The notes under the pieces were generated by a model. It was not told the DNA's origin. It made no database searches and saw only the letters and a list, made by a program, of their open reading frames with translations. The position numbers and the translations under genes are program-made. A DNA stretch of 64,000 bases, taken from NCBI GenBank assembly GCA_965206645.1, contig CBDBKE010000004.1, forward strand, positions 608,001-672,000. The letters are read 5' to 3'. Shown piece after piece: positions 29,410 through 39,321 of the stretch. How positions within the stretch are numbered: the stretch's first letter is position 1; each line of letters opens with the position of its first letter. Origin of the DNA: Terriglobia bacterium. Its GTDB lineage: Bacteria; Acidobacteriota; Terriglobia; JAJPHL01; JAPKYU01.

Positions 29410-30046
29410 GGCTTCCCTCCCTCCGCTTACGCATGAAGCGCGGAGCCAGCGCCTCACGCAGCATCAGGCGACCGCGAAGCAGGCGCGTCTTCAAGGCGGG
29501 AGCGGTTAGCCCCAGGGCGGCCACCGCCTCCTCGGTGGAGAGCTCTTCCAGGTCGCGCAGCATGATCACCACACGATACTTGAGAGGAAGCTTCATCAGT
29601 TCTCCCTCCACCAGCTCACGCATCTCTGCTTTAGAGTACGCCTGTTCGGGACTGTCCTCCCAAGCCTGCACCTGGCGCGGGCGAAACCCCTGATCGCTGT
29701 CCGTCTCCGGCTCATCCAGGCTCTCCATGCTCTTGCGCTTGCGCAGCTGCTGCAACCCCTCGTTGATGGCGATGCGTGTCAGCCAGGTGGAAAACTTGGC
29801 GGCTGCCTGGAATTCCCCGATGTGCCGGAAGGCCTTCAGGAAAGTGTTCTGCGTACTGTCCTCGGCGTCCTCGCGATTGCCGGTGATGCCAATCAGCGTG
29901 CGGTAGACGCGTCCCTGGTGGCGCCGAACCAGGCCTTCGAAAGCGTCCGTGTCCCCGCTCTGCACTCGAGACACCAGACTGGCGTCCTCATCCACCTGCG
30001 GAGCGCTCTTCGCCGTTAGTTCTGCTTGGTTCTTCGGAACCGCCAT
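29402..30046 (-). CDS. ECF sigma-70 factor
   Basis: GDTDAFEGLV, DAEDSTQNTF, KFSTWLTRIAIN, LPLKYRVVIMLRD, KTRLLRGR. Confidence 0.92.
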   Translation of the reverse strand: MAVPKNQAELTAKSAPQVDEDASLVSRVQSGDTDAFEGLVRRHQGRVYRTLIGITGNREDAEDSTQNTFLKAFRHIGEFQAAAKFSTWLTRIAINEGLQQLRKRKSMESLDEPETDSDQGFRPRQVQAWEDSPEQAYSKAEMRELVEGELMKLPLKYRVVIMLRDLEELSTEEAVAALGLTAPALKTRLLRGRLMLREALAPRFMRKRREGSRA

Positions 30047-30377
30047 GGGGTTTCTTCGACTGTTCCGGATGACAATACACACCTCCACGCCCGGAATCGA
30101 CCCGGAAACAAGCACCTCAGTTTGACACAGGTTGCCGGCTGGAAGATTCACTTTCTTCCCTTTGCCGGCAGGAAAGACTCGCTGGCGCCAAGCTGCAGAT
30201 CAGGGGCAGAAAGCAGCGGATAGGGGGAAGAAAATTTCCCGATCTTTGGCCGTGGATCAAAGCGTATAACGAATGGCACCTGCGGTCATTTCCGAGCGCG
30301 CCTGCACTTGCCACCCTCCGCGGCAGCCCAGTATGCTGGGGAAGGGCAATTCTCCTTGAGCCTTCGGGACGCATTCC

Positions 30378-31286
30378 ATGAGAAGCAAGATTCTGGTGTT
30401 GTGTGTGTCGGTGCTGGGGACTACATACGCGGCCTTCGCCGTGGAGCAGCACGCTGTGGTCATCAGCAATCAGCGCTTCTACCGAAAAGCAGACCTGGAG
30501 AGCAAGACCGTGGGCCGCCTGGCGCTCGGCGAGCAGGTCTCGGTGACGGGACGCGAAGGCGCATTCCTGCAAGTGACGGCGCCGAGGGGGGAACGGGGCT
30601 GGACGCTGGCCATCGGCCTTGTGGTCCTGGACAACAATCCACGCGCTCCCGGGCTGCTGTTCCATGCCGCTGAGGCACTGGCAGAGGAAGATTCAGCCCA
30701 GACCTGGATCGCGGCCGCCCGGCTGTTCCGGAGGGCGGCATCCGTTGTTCCAGACGGTCCCTATGTGCCGGAGGCCCGGTGGCGCGCAGCAGAGCTGTCT
30801 TGGCGCATTGAAACCCGCACCATAGGCAGCATCAACCCCACGGGCACCGTAATGGAACTGCAGCGGGTAGTGCGCTCCTATCCCAAGACGCGGGCCGCCG
30901 CCGAGGCCGCCTTTCTCCTGCTTCGGACTAACCTGTGCGACTATTGGGAATCAACGCCGGGCTGCCCGGAAGCCGAGATCGGGTTGATCACTCGCTACCT
31001 GGAGGATTATCCGGACTCCGAGCGCGCCACTGAGCTGCGCTATGCGCTGGCCTACCGGCATGCGGCGCTGGTGGAAATCTACTTAGAGCAGGGCAAAACC
31101 CACTTCAGCGCGGAAAAGGCGGTTCGGCATAAGCAAGAAGCCCGTCAGGTAGTCGAAACTCTACTTGGACCCGGCGCGGTGAGCTTCGATGCATCATGGG
31201 CAGCGCGGGCCGAGCGGTTGCTGTGGTCGCTCGAGAATAATATCGGTGTGTTCTCCCACATCGAAGTCGCCTTGAGCAAGTTCTGA
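30378..31286 (+). CDS. Exported SH3b-like + TPR/BamD-like protein
   Basis: Signal peptide; GEQVSV..GAFLQV..GERGW SH3-like segment; helical repeats with YPKT / YPDS motifs. Confidence 0.65.
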   Translation: MRSKILVLCVSVLGTTYAAFAVEQHAVVISNQRFYRKADLESKTVGRLALGEQVSVTGREGAFLQVTAPRGERGWTLAIGLVVLDNNPRAPGLLFHAAEALAEEDSAQTWIAAARLFRRAASVVPDGPYVPEARWRAAELSWRIETRTIGSINPTGTVMELQRVVRSYPKTRAAAEAAFLLLRTNLCDYWESTPGCPEAEIGLITRYLEDYPDSERATELRYALAYRHAALVEIYLEQGKTHFSAEKAVRHKQEARQVVETLLGPGAVSFDASWAARAERLLWSLENNIGVFSHIEVALSKF

Positions 31287-31470
31287 GCGAAGAAAGCCTG
31301 CGCTTGGCTGATACCGATTCAGCGGGCATGGTCAGTAGCCGGGCTTTCCCATTTAGTCTGTCGATACGGCTCATCGAGGAATCGAATCGGTCATATTCGG
31401 GATTCAGGGTATGATCGGTCGCAAGCATAGCTAGCATTACCAGCGGATCGCTGGGGCCATCAGGAGCATT

Positions 31471-33596
31471 GTGAACTCGTCTTCCCCCAGACGGGAAACC
31501 GTATCCTGCGAGCGCAGGCGCTCATGGCGCTTTGATCCGCAGTCTCCACTCCGGCGCGTGCTGTTCAGCCTGGCTGCTATAGGCGCCTACGTTTTCGCGT
31601 TTTTCCCACTGTACCGGCTGACTGGTCCGGGGACGGCCGCTCTGGTCGCAGCACCGGTGATTGCTGTGGCATGGCTCTGGGGATTACGGGGCGGCGTGAT
31701 TGTCGGGGTTTTGACCTTCCCGTTGAACACACTTCTTTTCAACCTGGTCGGGCTGGAAGGTTGGGATCCGATATTCCGGGCAGGAGGCGGGCCCGGGCAG
31801 GTCATGCTGGTGCTCATTGGCGCGGGAATCGGGCAACTGCGTGACTTGGGAGGGCGGCTGACGGTGGAAATCACCGAGCGCGAGAGGACGGAGGACGCAC
31901 TGAGGGAGAGCGAAGAACGTTTCCGGGGCCTGTTTGAGGAAGCGCCGGTGGCCTACCACGAGATTGACTGTGAGGGTATCGTGCTCCGTGTCAACCGGGC
32001 TGAGTGCACTCTGCTCGGCTACGAAGCCGAAGAAATTCTGGGCAAATACACCTGGGACTTTATAGCACTGGAAGAACGTGAACCAGCTCGACAGGCCTTT
32101 CGCCGAAAGATCGGCGGGGAACAGCCACTTGAGATCGTTCATCGGACGATATCCGCCGGGACGGCGCACCGCTCACCGTGGAAATCCATCAGAGCTTGAT
32201 CCGCGATCCGAAAGGTGCCGTGACCGGGATGCGTACGGCCCGCGTGGACATCACCGAGCGGGAACGGGCCGAGGAGCAACTAGTCCGCAATGCATTCTCC
32301 GACGCGCTAACAGGCCTTGCCAACCGCGCTTTGTTACGGGACCGCCTCGACCGTGCGCTGAAGCGCCAGATTCGGCATCCAGATTACCTTTTCGCCGTGC
32401 TCTTTTTGGACCTGGACCGCTTCAAGCTGGTCAACGACAGCCTGGGACACACTATCGGCGATGAATTGCTCCGGGCGGTAGCTCGAAGGCTGGAGAAGTG
32501 CCTGCGCTCCCAGGATACGGTTGCCCGTCTGGGGGGAGACGAGTTCACAATGTTCCTCGAGGACATTAGAGACGAGACCGATGCTACCCGCGTTGCCGAG
32601 CGGGTCCACAAGGATTTGAGGGCTCCTTTCCAGGTTGCAGGGCATGAAGTCTTCACCACGTCGAGCATCGGAATCGCCCTGAGTTCCACGGGTTATACAC
32701 AGCCGGAGGATTTGCTGCGCGATGCGGACACGGCCATGTATCGTGCCAAGTCGCTTGGCAAAGCCTGTTACTCGATGTTTGACACGGCCATGCACGAGCG
32801 CGCGGTAGCGCTTTTGCAGTTGGACCACGACCTGCGGCGCGCCCTCGAACGGAAAGAGTTCCGGATTCACTACCAGCCGATTGTGCGGCTGGGAAACGCT
32901 GAAGTGACCGGATTGGAGGCTCTTCTACGTTGGGAGCATCCGGCGCGTGGCTTTGTTTCACCGGCGGAGTTCATCCCGCTTGCGGAAGAAACCCGATTGA
33001 TCATTCCCATTGGTCGCTGGGCGCTTGAGGAGACGTGCCGTCAGGTGCGTGCCTGGCAGCTCCAATTCGGCACCTACCTACCTGTGAACGTCAATCTTTC
33101 CGGCAAACAACTTTCGCAACCCGACCTCGTCTGCCAGATCACCCAGATTCTGGAACAGTTCTTCCTGGATGGGCGGAGTTTAAAGCTGGAGATCACGGAA
33201 AGTGTGATCATGGAAAATATTGAATCGGTGATCACCATGCTCCAACAACTGAAGGCCTTGGGGATTCAGTCGTCCATGGATGATTTTGAGACCGGCTATT
33301 CATCCTTGAGTTATCTGCACCGCCTTCCCATTGATGTGTTAAAGATTGACCGTTCCTTTGTCAGCGGAACGCGCACTGGGGTCGAAAACCCGGAGGTGGT
33401 CCGCACCATCATTACGCTTGCCCGTGATCTAGGCATTGATGCGGTCGCAGAAGGCGTGGAAACAGCGGAGCAACTGGCCCAGCTCAGGGAACTGGGATGC
33501 AGATATGGGCAGGGATATCTCTTCTCCAAGCCGCTCGATAGCGAGGCGGCAGGGAAGTTTATTGCGGGACGCCTGCACCAAGCGGCGGGGGTTTGA
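31471..33596 (+). pseudogene. Membrane-PAS-GGDEF-EAL protein, frameshifted near 32148
   Basis: ORF 31471-32199 (TMs + PAS start) continues in another frame as IRRDGAPLTVEIH into GGDEF and EAL domains (32178-33596). Confidence 0.8.
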
Positions 33597-33771
33597 CCGA
33601 GAATACCAACGGCCCTTCACCCGTCATTCTGGAGAGGAGCTTTGATCGTCGACAAGAAGACCGGCGCCTTGTTTTGATCTCGAGAGTTAAAGCTGAGAGG
33701 TAGAGAGCGACCAGTTGAGCCACCAAGAATCCCTCGCTCTTTACTGCTAGCGCTACACTCCATTTCGCCGA

Positions 33772-34650
33772 ATGCCGATTCATCAGGTGGTGATCCTGGC
33801 GGTGGTTCAGGCCCTCACCGAGTTCCTTCCCGTCTCCAGCGCCGCCCACCTGGCTCTGGTCCCCTGGCTGCTCAACTGGCGCGATCCAGGACTCACCTTT
33901 AACGTTGCGCTGCACCTGGGGACGCTGCTGGCCGTACTGGTTTACTTCTGGCGCTTGTGGGTCCGCATCGTGTTTGCCGGACTCGGGCTGAAACCGCCGG
34001 TGGAGCCAGCCCGGGGTCCGGCCCGCCGCACGGGCTTGCTGGATGGCGCTCCGGCGGAGGATGACGAGGCGGTGGCCGACCGCCGCCTGCTCTGGCTGCT
34101 GGCCTTGGGGACCATTCCCGCAGCGGTGGTGGGCTACTCCCTCGAACACCACGTCAGGACCACACTGCGCTCGCCCTACGTGATGGCCGCCTCGCTGATA
34201 CTGGTCGCGTTCCTGATGGCCTACGGGGAGCGCGTGGCCCGGCAGCTCCACGGGTTGAAGGACCTGGGCCTGAGCGACACCCTGTTGGTAGGCCTGGCAC
34301 AGGCGCTGGCGCTGATTCCCGGCGTCTCCCGCTCCGGCATCACCATCACCGCCGCTCTTTTGCGCCACTACCGGCGCGACTCCTCGGCACGGTTCTCCTT
34401 CTTGCTGGCGACCCCTGTCATCGCCGGTGCAGTCGTCAAGGAAAGCGTGGGCCTGTGGAGCACCGGCGTTCCTGACCAGATGCGCCTGCCTTTCCTGTTG
34501 GGAATAGCTGTAGCTGCCCTGGTGGGGTACGCCGTGATTGCGTTCTTTATCCGGTACCTGCAGACTCGGACCCTAAAGATTTTTATTTACTATCGGGTGG
34601 TCTTTGGGCTTATGATTCTAGTACTGGCGATTTTTTCCTCGGCTCCGTAG
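33772..34650 (+). CDS. uppP: Undecaprenyl-diphosphatase
   Basis: QALTEFLPVSS, HLGT, PGVSRSG, ARFSFLL. Confidence 0.93.
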   Translation: MPIHQVVILAVVQALTEFLPVSSAAHLALVPWLLNWRDPGLTFNVALHLGTLLAVLVYFWRLWVRIVFAGLGLKPPVEPARGPARRTGLLDGAPAEDDEAVADRRLLWLLALGTIPAAVVGYSLEHHVRTTLRSPYVMAASLILVAFLMAYGERVARQLHGLKDLGLSDTLLVGLAQALALIPGVSRSGITITAALLRHYRRDSSARFSFLLATPVIAGAVVKESVGLWSTGVPDQMRLPFLLGIAVAALVGYAVIAFFIRYLQTRTLKIFIYYRVVFGLMILVLAIFSSAP

Positions 34651-36966
34651 TTGCCCGACACTGGGAAGAGCCGCAGGTTTCAAGAACTGTTCGCATTCGT
34701 CTACGGCGCCTGCGGGTTGCTCGTGGCGCTGGCGCTCGTCTCTTACTATCCTTTTGACCCATCCCTGAACTCGGCGCCCCCGCCCGACCAGCCTGTGCAG
34801 AACTTGGTGGGGCTCGTAGGTTCCTACGTCGCGGACCTGCTATTGCAGGTTCTGGGATTGGTGGCTTTTCTGATCCCGGTGGGACTGCTGGCAGCCCCGG
34901 TGGCGAACTGGCGCAGGCCTGTTGGACAGCCGGCCGGCCCTGGCTGGGCACGAACAGCCGGGGCTCTGCTGCTGGCCACGGCGCTATGCGGCGGCTTGGC
35001 GCTACCCGAAGTGTTCGGGAGATGGTCCTGGCGCTGGCAGGGAGCCATCGCCCCCGGCGGCTTAGCCGGCATGCTACTGGCTTCCGCTTCGCTCCACCTG
35101 TTGAACCTGACCGGTACGCTGGTCCTGCTGGCCCTGAGTTTCGTCGGCTCGCTCTACCTGCTGACCGCACTCTCCATCTCGCAGGTGCGAGTTCGCTTGG
35201 CTTGGCTGGGCCGGCTACGGGAGCGCTGGCAGAGGTGGCGGGAAGCGCACCAAAAGGCAAGACTGCGGGCGCGGTTAGAAAAGTTGCGGGCCAAGGGCCG
35301 GACTGTAGCTGTTCAGTCGGGTGTGCCTGAGAACCCCCGTGTACCATCTAGCGGCACAATCCAACCGCCCGCCTCACGCCCGCTGGTTGCATCAAGGGTG
35401 CAATCCTCTGCGGAACTCCCGGACACACTCGGAAATGCGGCGTCCGAGTCCGCTTCCCCACCCCGCCGCCTCGGGCTGGCGCCAAGAATCGCTGGCGGCT
35501 TCCGGATGCCATCGCTGGCGTTGTTGCGGGAGTCCGCTCCAGACGAAGGGATTGAGGAGGAGGGGCTGAAGCACCTAGCCGCCCTGCTGAAGATGAAGTG
35601 CGAAGAGTTTGGAGTGGCGGGCACAGTCACCCAGATCAACCCTGGCCCAGTGGTCACCACCTTCGAATTCAAGCCGGAAGCTGGGGTCAAGTACAGCCGA
35701 GTAACCAACCTCGTGGATGACTTGTGCCTGGCGCTGCAGGCAGAATCCATTCTGATCGAACGCATCCCCGGCAAGTCTACGGTGGGCATCGAAGTACCCA
35801 ACTCGCACCGCGCCACCATCTACCTGCGCGATATTTTGCAAACCCCGGAGTTCGCCGACTCACCATCGCGCCTGACCATGGCGCTGGGCAAGGACATTAA
35901 TGGGCGCATTCGAATCGCTGACCTAGCCTCCATGCCGCACTTGCTGATTGCCGGCTCCACCGGCACGGGCAAGAGCGTGGCCATCAACTCCTTCATTGTT
36001 TCCTTCCTGTATAAGTCCACTCCCGACCAGGTTCGCCTGATTCTGGTGGATCCCAAGCGTCTGGAACTAGGGCTGTATGAGGGCGTTCCACATCTGATGA
36101 CGCCGATCATCACCGAGCCGAAACAGGCTGCGAACGCGCTGCGCAATGCCGTCCGGGAGATGGAACGGCGACTGAAGCTGCTGGCAGAGAAGGGGGTTCG
36201 CCACATCGATCAGTACAACCGGCTCTTCGAGCGTCCCGCGACGCTCAGCCTGTTTGACCCGAAGGGTGAACCGGAGCGGCCGCTGCCCTACGTGGTCATT
36301 GTGATTGACGAGCTGGCTGACCTGATGCTGATAGGTTCGCGTAACGTGGAAGAATCCATCACCCGGTTGGCCCAAATGGCCCGCGCCGTCGGCATCCACC
36401 TGATCCTCGCCACACAGCGGCCCAGCGTGGACGTCATCACCGGGCTGATCAAAGCAAACTTCCCGGCCCGCATCTCGTTCCGGGTAGCCACCAAGGTGGA
36501 CTCGCGCACCATCCTCGATAGCAACGGAGCCGAGGCGTTGCTGGGCCGCGGCGACATGTTGTACTTGCCGCCAGGCTCGGCTCGCCTGCTGCGGGTGCAT
36601 GGACCGCTGGTGACTGAGAAGGAAATCGCCGACGTGGTGGAGTTCTGGCGGGCCCAGTCCAAGCCCACCTATGAACATCAGTATCTGGCGCCCCCGGCCG
36701 AAGAGGGAGAAGCGGCCGAGGGTGGCGAAGAACCGGGAGCCGGCGATGACCCACTCTACGACGAAGCGGTGCGGATGATCGTTGAGATGGGGAAGGCCTC
36801 CACCTCCATCTTGCAGCGCCGCCTACGACTGGGCTACGGCCGTGCTGCCCGCCTGCTGGATATGATGCAGAGGGATGGCATCATCGGGCCCCCCGACGGA
36901 AGCAAACCCCGCGAGGTTCTCAGCCGGCCCGCATGGCTGGCCGAAGTGGACCAGAAGACACGCTGA
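34651..36966 (+). CDS. ftsK: DNA translocase FtsK
   Basis: N-terminal TMs, PHLLIAGSTGTGKS, IDELADLM, ATQRPSVDV, gamma domain ASTSILQRRLRLGYGRAAR. Confidence 0.96.
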   Translation: MPDTGKSRRFQELFAFVYGACGLLVALALVSYYPFDPSLNSAPPPDQPVQNLVGLVGSYVADLLLQVLGLVAFLIPVGLLAAPVANWRRPVGQPAGPGWARTAGALLLATALCGGLALPEVFGRWSWRWQGAIAPGGLAGMLLASASLHLLNLTGTLVLLALSFVGSLYLLTALSISQVRVRLAWLGRLRERWQRWREAHQKARLRARLEKLRAKGRTVAVQSGVPENPRVPSSGTIQPPASRPLVASRVQSSAELPDTLGNAASESASPPRRLGLAPRIAGGFRMPSLALLRESAPDEGIEEEGLKHLAALLKMKCEEFGVAGTVTQINPGPVVTTFEFKPEAGVKYSRVTNLVDDLCLALQAESILIERIPGKSTVGIEVPNSHRATIYLRDILQTPEFADSPSRLTMALGKDINGRIRIADLASMPHLLIAGSTGTGKSVAINSFIVSFLYKSTPDQVRLILVDPKRLELGLYEGVPHLMTPIITEPKQAANALRNAVREMERRLKLLAEKGVRHIDQYNRLFERPATLSLFDPKGEPERPLPYVVIVIDELADLMLIGSRNVEESITRLAQMARAVGIHLILATQRPSVDVITGLIKANFPARISFRVATKVDSRTILDSNGAEALLGRGDMLYLPPGSARLLRVHGPLVTEKEIADVVEFWRAQSKPTYEHQYLAPPAEEGEAAEGGEEPGAGDDPLYDEAVRMIVEMGKASTSILQRRLRLGYGRAARLLDMMQRDGIIGPPDGSKPREVLSRPAWLAEVDQKTR

Positions 36967-37097
36967 CCGGAAAACAACTCGTCTGGCTGGCCTCCTACCA
37001 CAACTGCTTCTCGTTAGATCGTCCGGCGGGGAGTATCCAAATGAAAGAGGCGCGTAGCCTGCCGCCGCAGACGCAACTGGGTGCAGCACGGAAGGGG

Positions 37098-37313
37098 TCA
37101 GGCTGTCCTAGCCCGGACTCTGCGCGTTGCCCGAGGGCCCAGGCAGCCTTCCTCATCATCCGGGCTGCAACAATGTAGTCCACCGATCCGGATCAAATGG
37201 GCCTGATCTCGCACTCGCCAGCAGCGATTACATACTTCCAGCTGCTGCACGACCCTCCGCACATGATCGCGCATCACAAACCACTCTCGCGCCTCTTCGT
37301 GAGTTAACCTCAT
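37098..37313 (-). CDS. Small Cys-rich hypothetical protein (71 aa)
   Basis: GGAGGT RBS upstream; CxxC plus CC...C. Confidence 0.5.
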   Translation of the reverse strand: MRLTHEEAREWFVMRDHVRRVVQQLEVCNRCWRVRDQAHLIRIGGLHCCSPDDEEGCLGPRATRRVRARTA

Positions 37314-37539
37314 TAGCAACCTACCTCCAGAACCGGCAGCCTGGTTCTTTTTTGACACGGGTAGGTCAGTAACGCTATAGCCCGAAAGGCTCATTTTCGG
37401 GGTAGTACGAGAGGTCCAACACGCTATGACGCACCGACAGCCTCCCCGATGCGCCAGGAAAGAGCCTGAAAAAGGAATCGTGCTTATCGGAGGATCGAAG
37501 GCAGCGGCACCTGGGGGGAACCTAGCGTAGAATCGCCGC

Positions 37540-38254
37540 GTGGACCGGCTACTGGCCGAACTTGGTCCGAAGCAAATGGCGCTCAACCTGCGCTGCGGGG
37601 CTGGCAGCCTCTCCTGCGCCGCTGCCTCCTGCTGCATTGTGGGTGTAGATTTGCGAGCGCCGCCAGTAATTCCCCACCCGCCTCAGGGCGGTTTTGTGCG
37701 ATCCGATGCGGCGTCGCTACCACTGCCCAATGCTTGCTGCGATCTGATTATCGCCAACCACACCCTGGAGCACATCCAAAATTCGTCAAGCGCTCTGCGC
37801 GAAGCGGCCGCGTCTTGAGACCAGAAGGGATTCTGGTGGTTAGCGTTCCCGATGGGTACTGTCTATCGGACGCGCTCTTCCGCTTTCTATGACAAGGAAC
37901 GCGAGCACGTGAATCGCTTTCGTCGGGAAGGACTGGTGGCGGCGGCCGCGCGCAGGTTTTGAACTGAGCGCCTCCGCCTTCCTGCGCGTCACTCTGCTGG
38001 CCTGGAATACCCTGGCACGGGCCGCCGACCGTCGCCTGGGAACCCGCTGGAGCACTTACGGCTGGCTGTTCCACTTCAGCCGCCAGGTGCGTGAGGAAGT
38101 CTCGGAAGACCCGGCGGAACCCAACGTCTGTATCCGCTGCGGCAGTAGCCACGATGCGGCCTAGTTGCGCGCCCTGGGGCACGTGCGGGGCAAGGTCTTG
38201 CCCCGCTACGATTGTCCCACCTGCGGCACTTTGAACCTATTCTTCGCAAGGTAA
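37540..38254 (+). pseudogene. Class I SAM methyltransferase with C-terminal Zn ribbon, degraded
   Basis: Degenerate motif I (LNLRCGAG), DAASLPL, NHTLEH; frameshifts to RVLRPEG.., later CIRCG..(TAG)..CPTCG. Confidence 0.7.
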
Positions 38255-38311
38255 CGTCGCTTTTGAGGCTAGCGGCTAGCCTCGCTGGCCGAAGCTAGTT
38301 ACTGCGTCCGT

Positions 38312-38341
38312 TTGACAGCCTCGCAACCCGCCACATAAAAT
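38312..38341 (+). promoter_or_regulatory. Sigma70-type promoter of tRNA-Phe
   Basis: TTGACA-18 nt-TAAAAT ending 14 nt upstream of the tRNA. Confidence 0.65.
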
Positions 38342-38355
38342 GATTGGGCCCTTTG

Positions 38356-38431
38356 GGCCAGGTAGCTCAGTCGGTAGAGCGCAGCCCTGAAAAGGCTGGC
38401 GTCGGCGGTTCGATTCCGTCCCTGGCCACCA
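38356..38431 (+). tRNA. tRNA-Phe(GAA)
   Basis: GGCCAGG acceptor stem, CAGCC-CT GAA AA-GGCTG, GGTTCGATTCC, CCA end; 76 nt. Confidence 0.96.
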
Positions 38432-38579
38432 TCTTTCAAACACTTAGGGGTCTTCCCTACCCCATCTCGGTTCCATTTGGTTCCAAAACCAACCTAAAGG
38501 CACGCCGGAGTGCGTCTCATATCGGCCTGCCGAAATGGGCTTGTGTACCTTTCAGAACCCTGCCAGGAGGATAATCAAT

Positions 38580-39029
38580 ATGCCGAGAACGTGCACCGTT
38601 TGCACACACGCTGACAGGCCCGAGATAGATCAGGCGCTCTTGACTGGGCAACCGTTGCGGGACATAGCGGGCCGTGTCGGGACAAGTCGCTCCGCCCTGC
38701 TGCGCCACAAAAAGGCCGACATTCCGACGACGGTGGCGAAGGCGAAGCAGGCTGAGGAAGAGGTTCGGGCCGAAACGCTGTTCGACCGGCTGAGAGCCCC
38801 TAACCGGGAAACAGTGGAGATCCTGAGACAGGCACGGGCATCAAGTTCCCTCAGCATTGCTCTTGCGGCTATTAACCGATTGGAGCGCCAGCTTGAAATG
38901 GAAGCTAGGCTGTTGGGCCAGTTAAACGATGCACCGAAGGTTGCGGTGGGAATTAAGACTACGAACCCCATTTCACGAACACTGGCGATCCGATATACCT
39001 TCGGCGGGATCGGTCGTTTGCAGTTGTAG
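38580..39029 (+). CDS. Phage/satellite-type HTH protein (terminase small subunit-like)
   Basis: AGGAGG RBS; MPRTCTVCTH..IDQALL..LRDIA..SRSALLRH followed by a helical oligomerisation-like region. Confidence 0.55.
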   Translation: MPRTCTVCTHADRPEIDQALLTGQPLRDIAGRVGTSRSALLRHKKADIPTTVAKAKQAEEEVRAETLFDRLRAPNRETVEILRQARASSSLSIALAAINRLERQLEMEARLLGQLNDAPKVAVGIKTTNPISRTLAIRYTFGGIGRLQL

Positions 39030-39197
39030 AGGAAGGAGTCGAAGCCCTTCCGATTTGCCCAGGTATAGGTGGTGCGGCTGTGCTCACCTGGGTAAAGATC
39101 GAGACGCCCGAAGGAAAAAGATTTACCTTGCTATAACACGCACTTTTGCGCGTCGCAGTTGCCCGGTGGCGGTCAAGTCTCCCCGGAGGGGAACCAG

Positions 39198-39321
39198 ATG
39201 CAGGCCATCGCCACTGAAGAATTCATGAACGTCAATACCGAGCCCGGGACCGTTCATCTCTTGGTGGGTGATCTAAACGCCGGCCAAACCAGCCCAACGA
39301 TGCTGTATCTTCTGGAAGGAC
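39198..39321 (+). pseudogene. 5' gene fragment truncated by IS256
   Basis: GGAGG RBS, ATG 39198 (MQAIATEEF...), frame runs into the IS terminal repeat. Confidence 0.4.
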
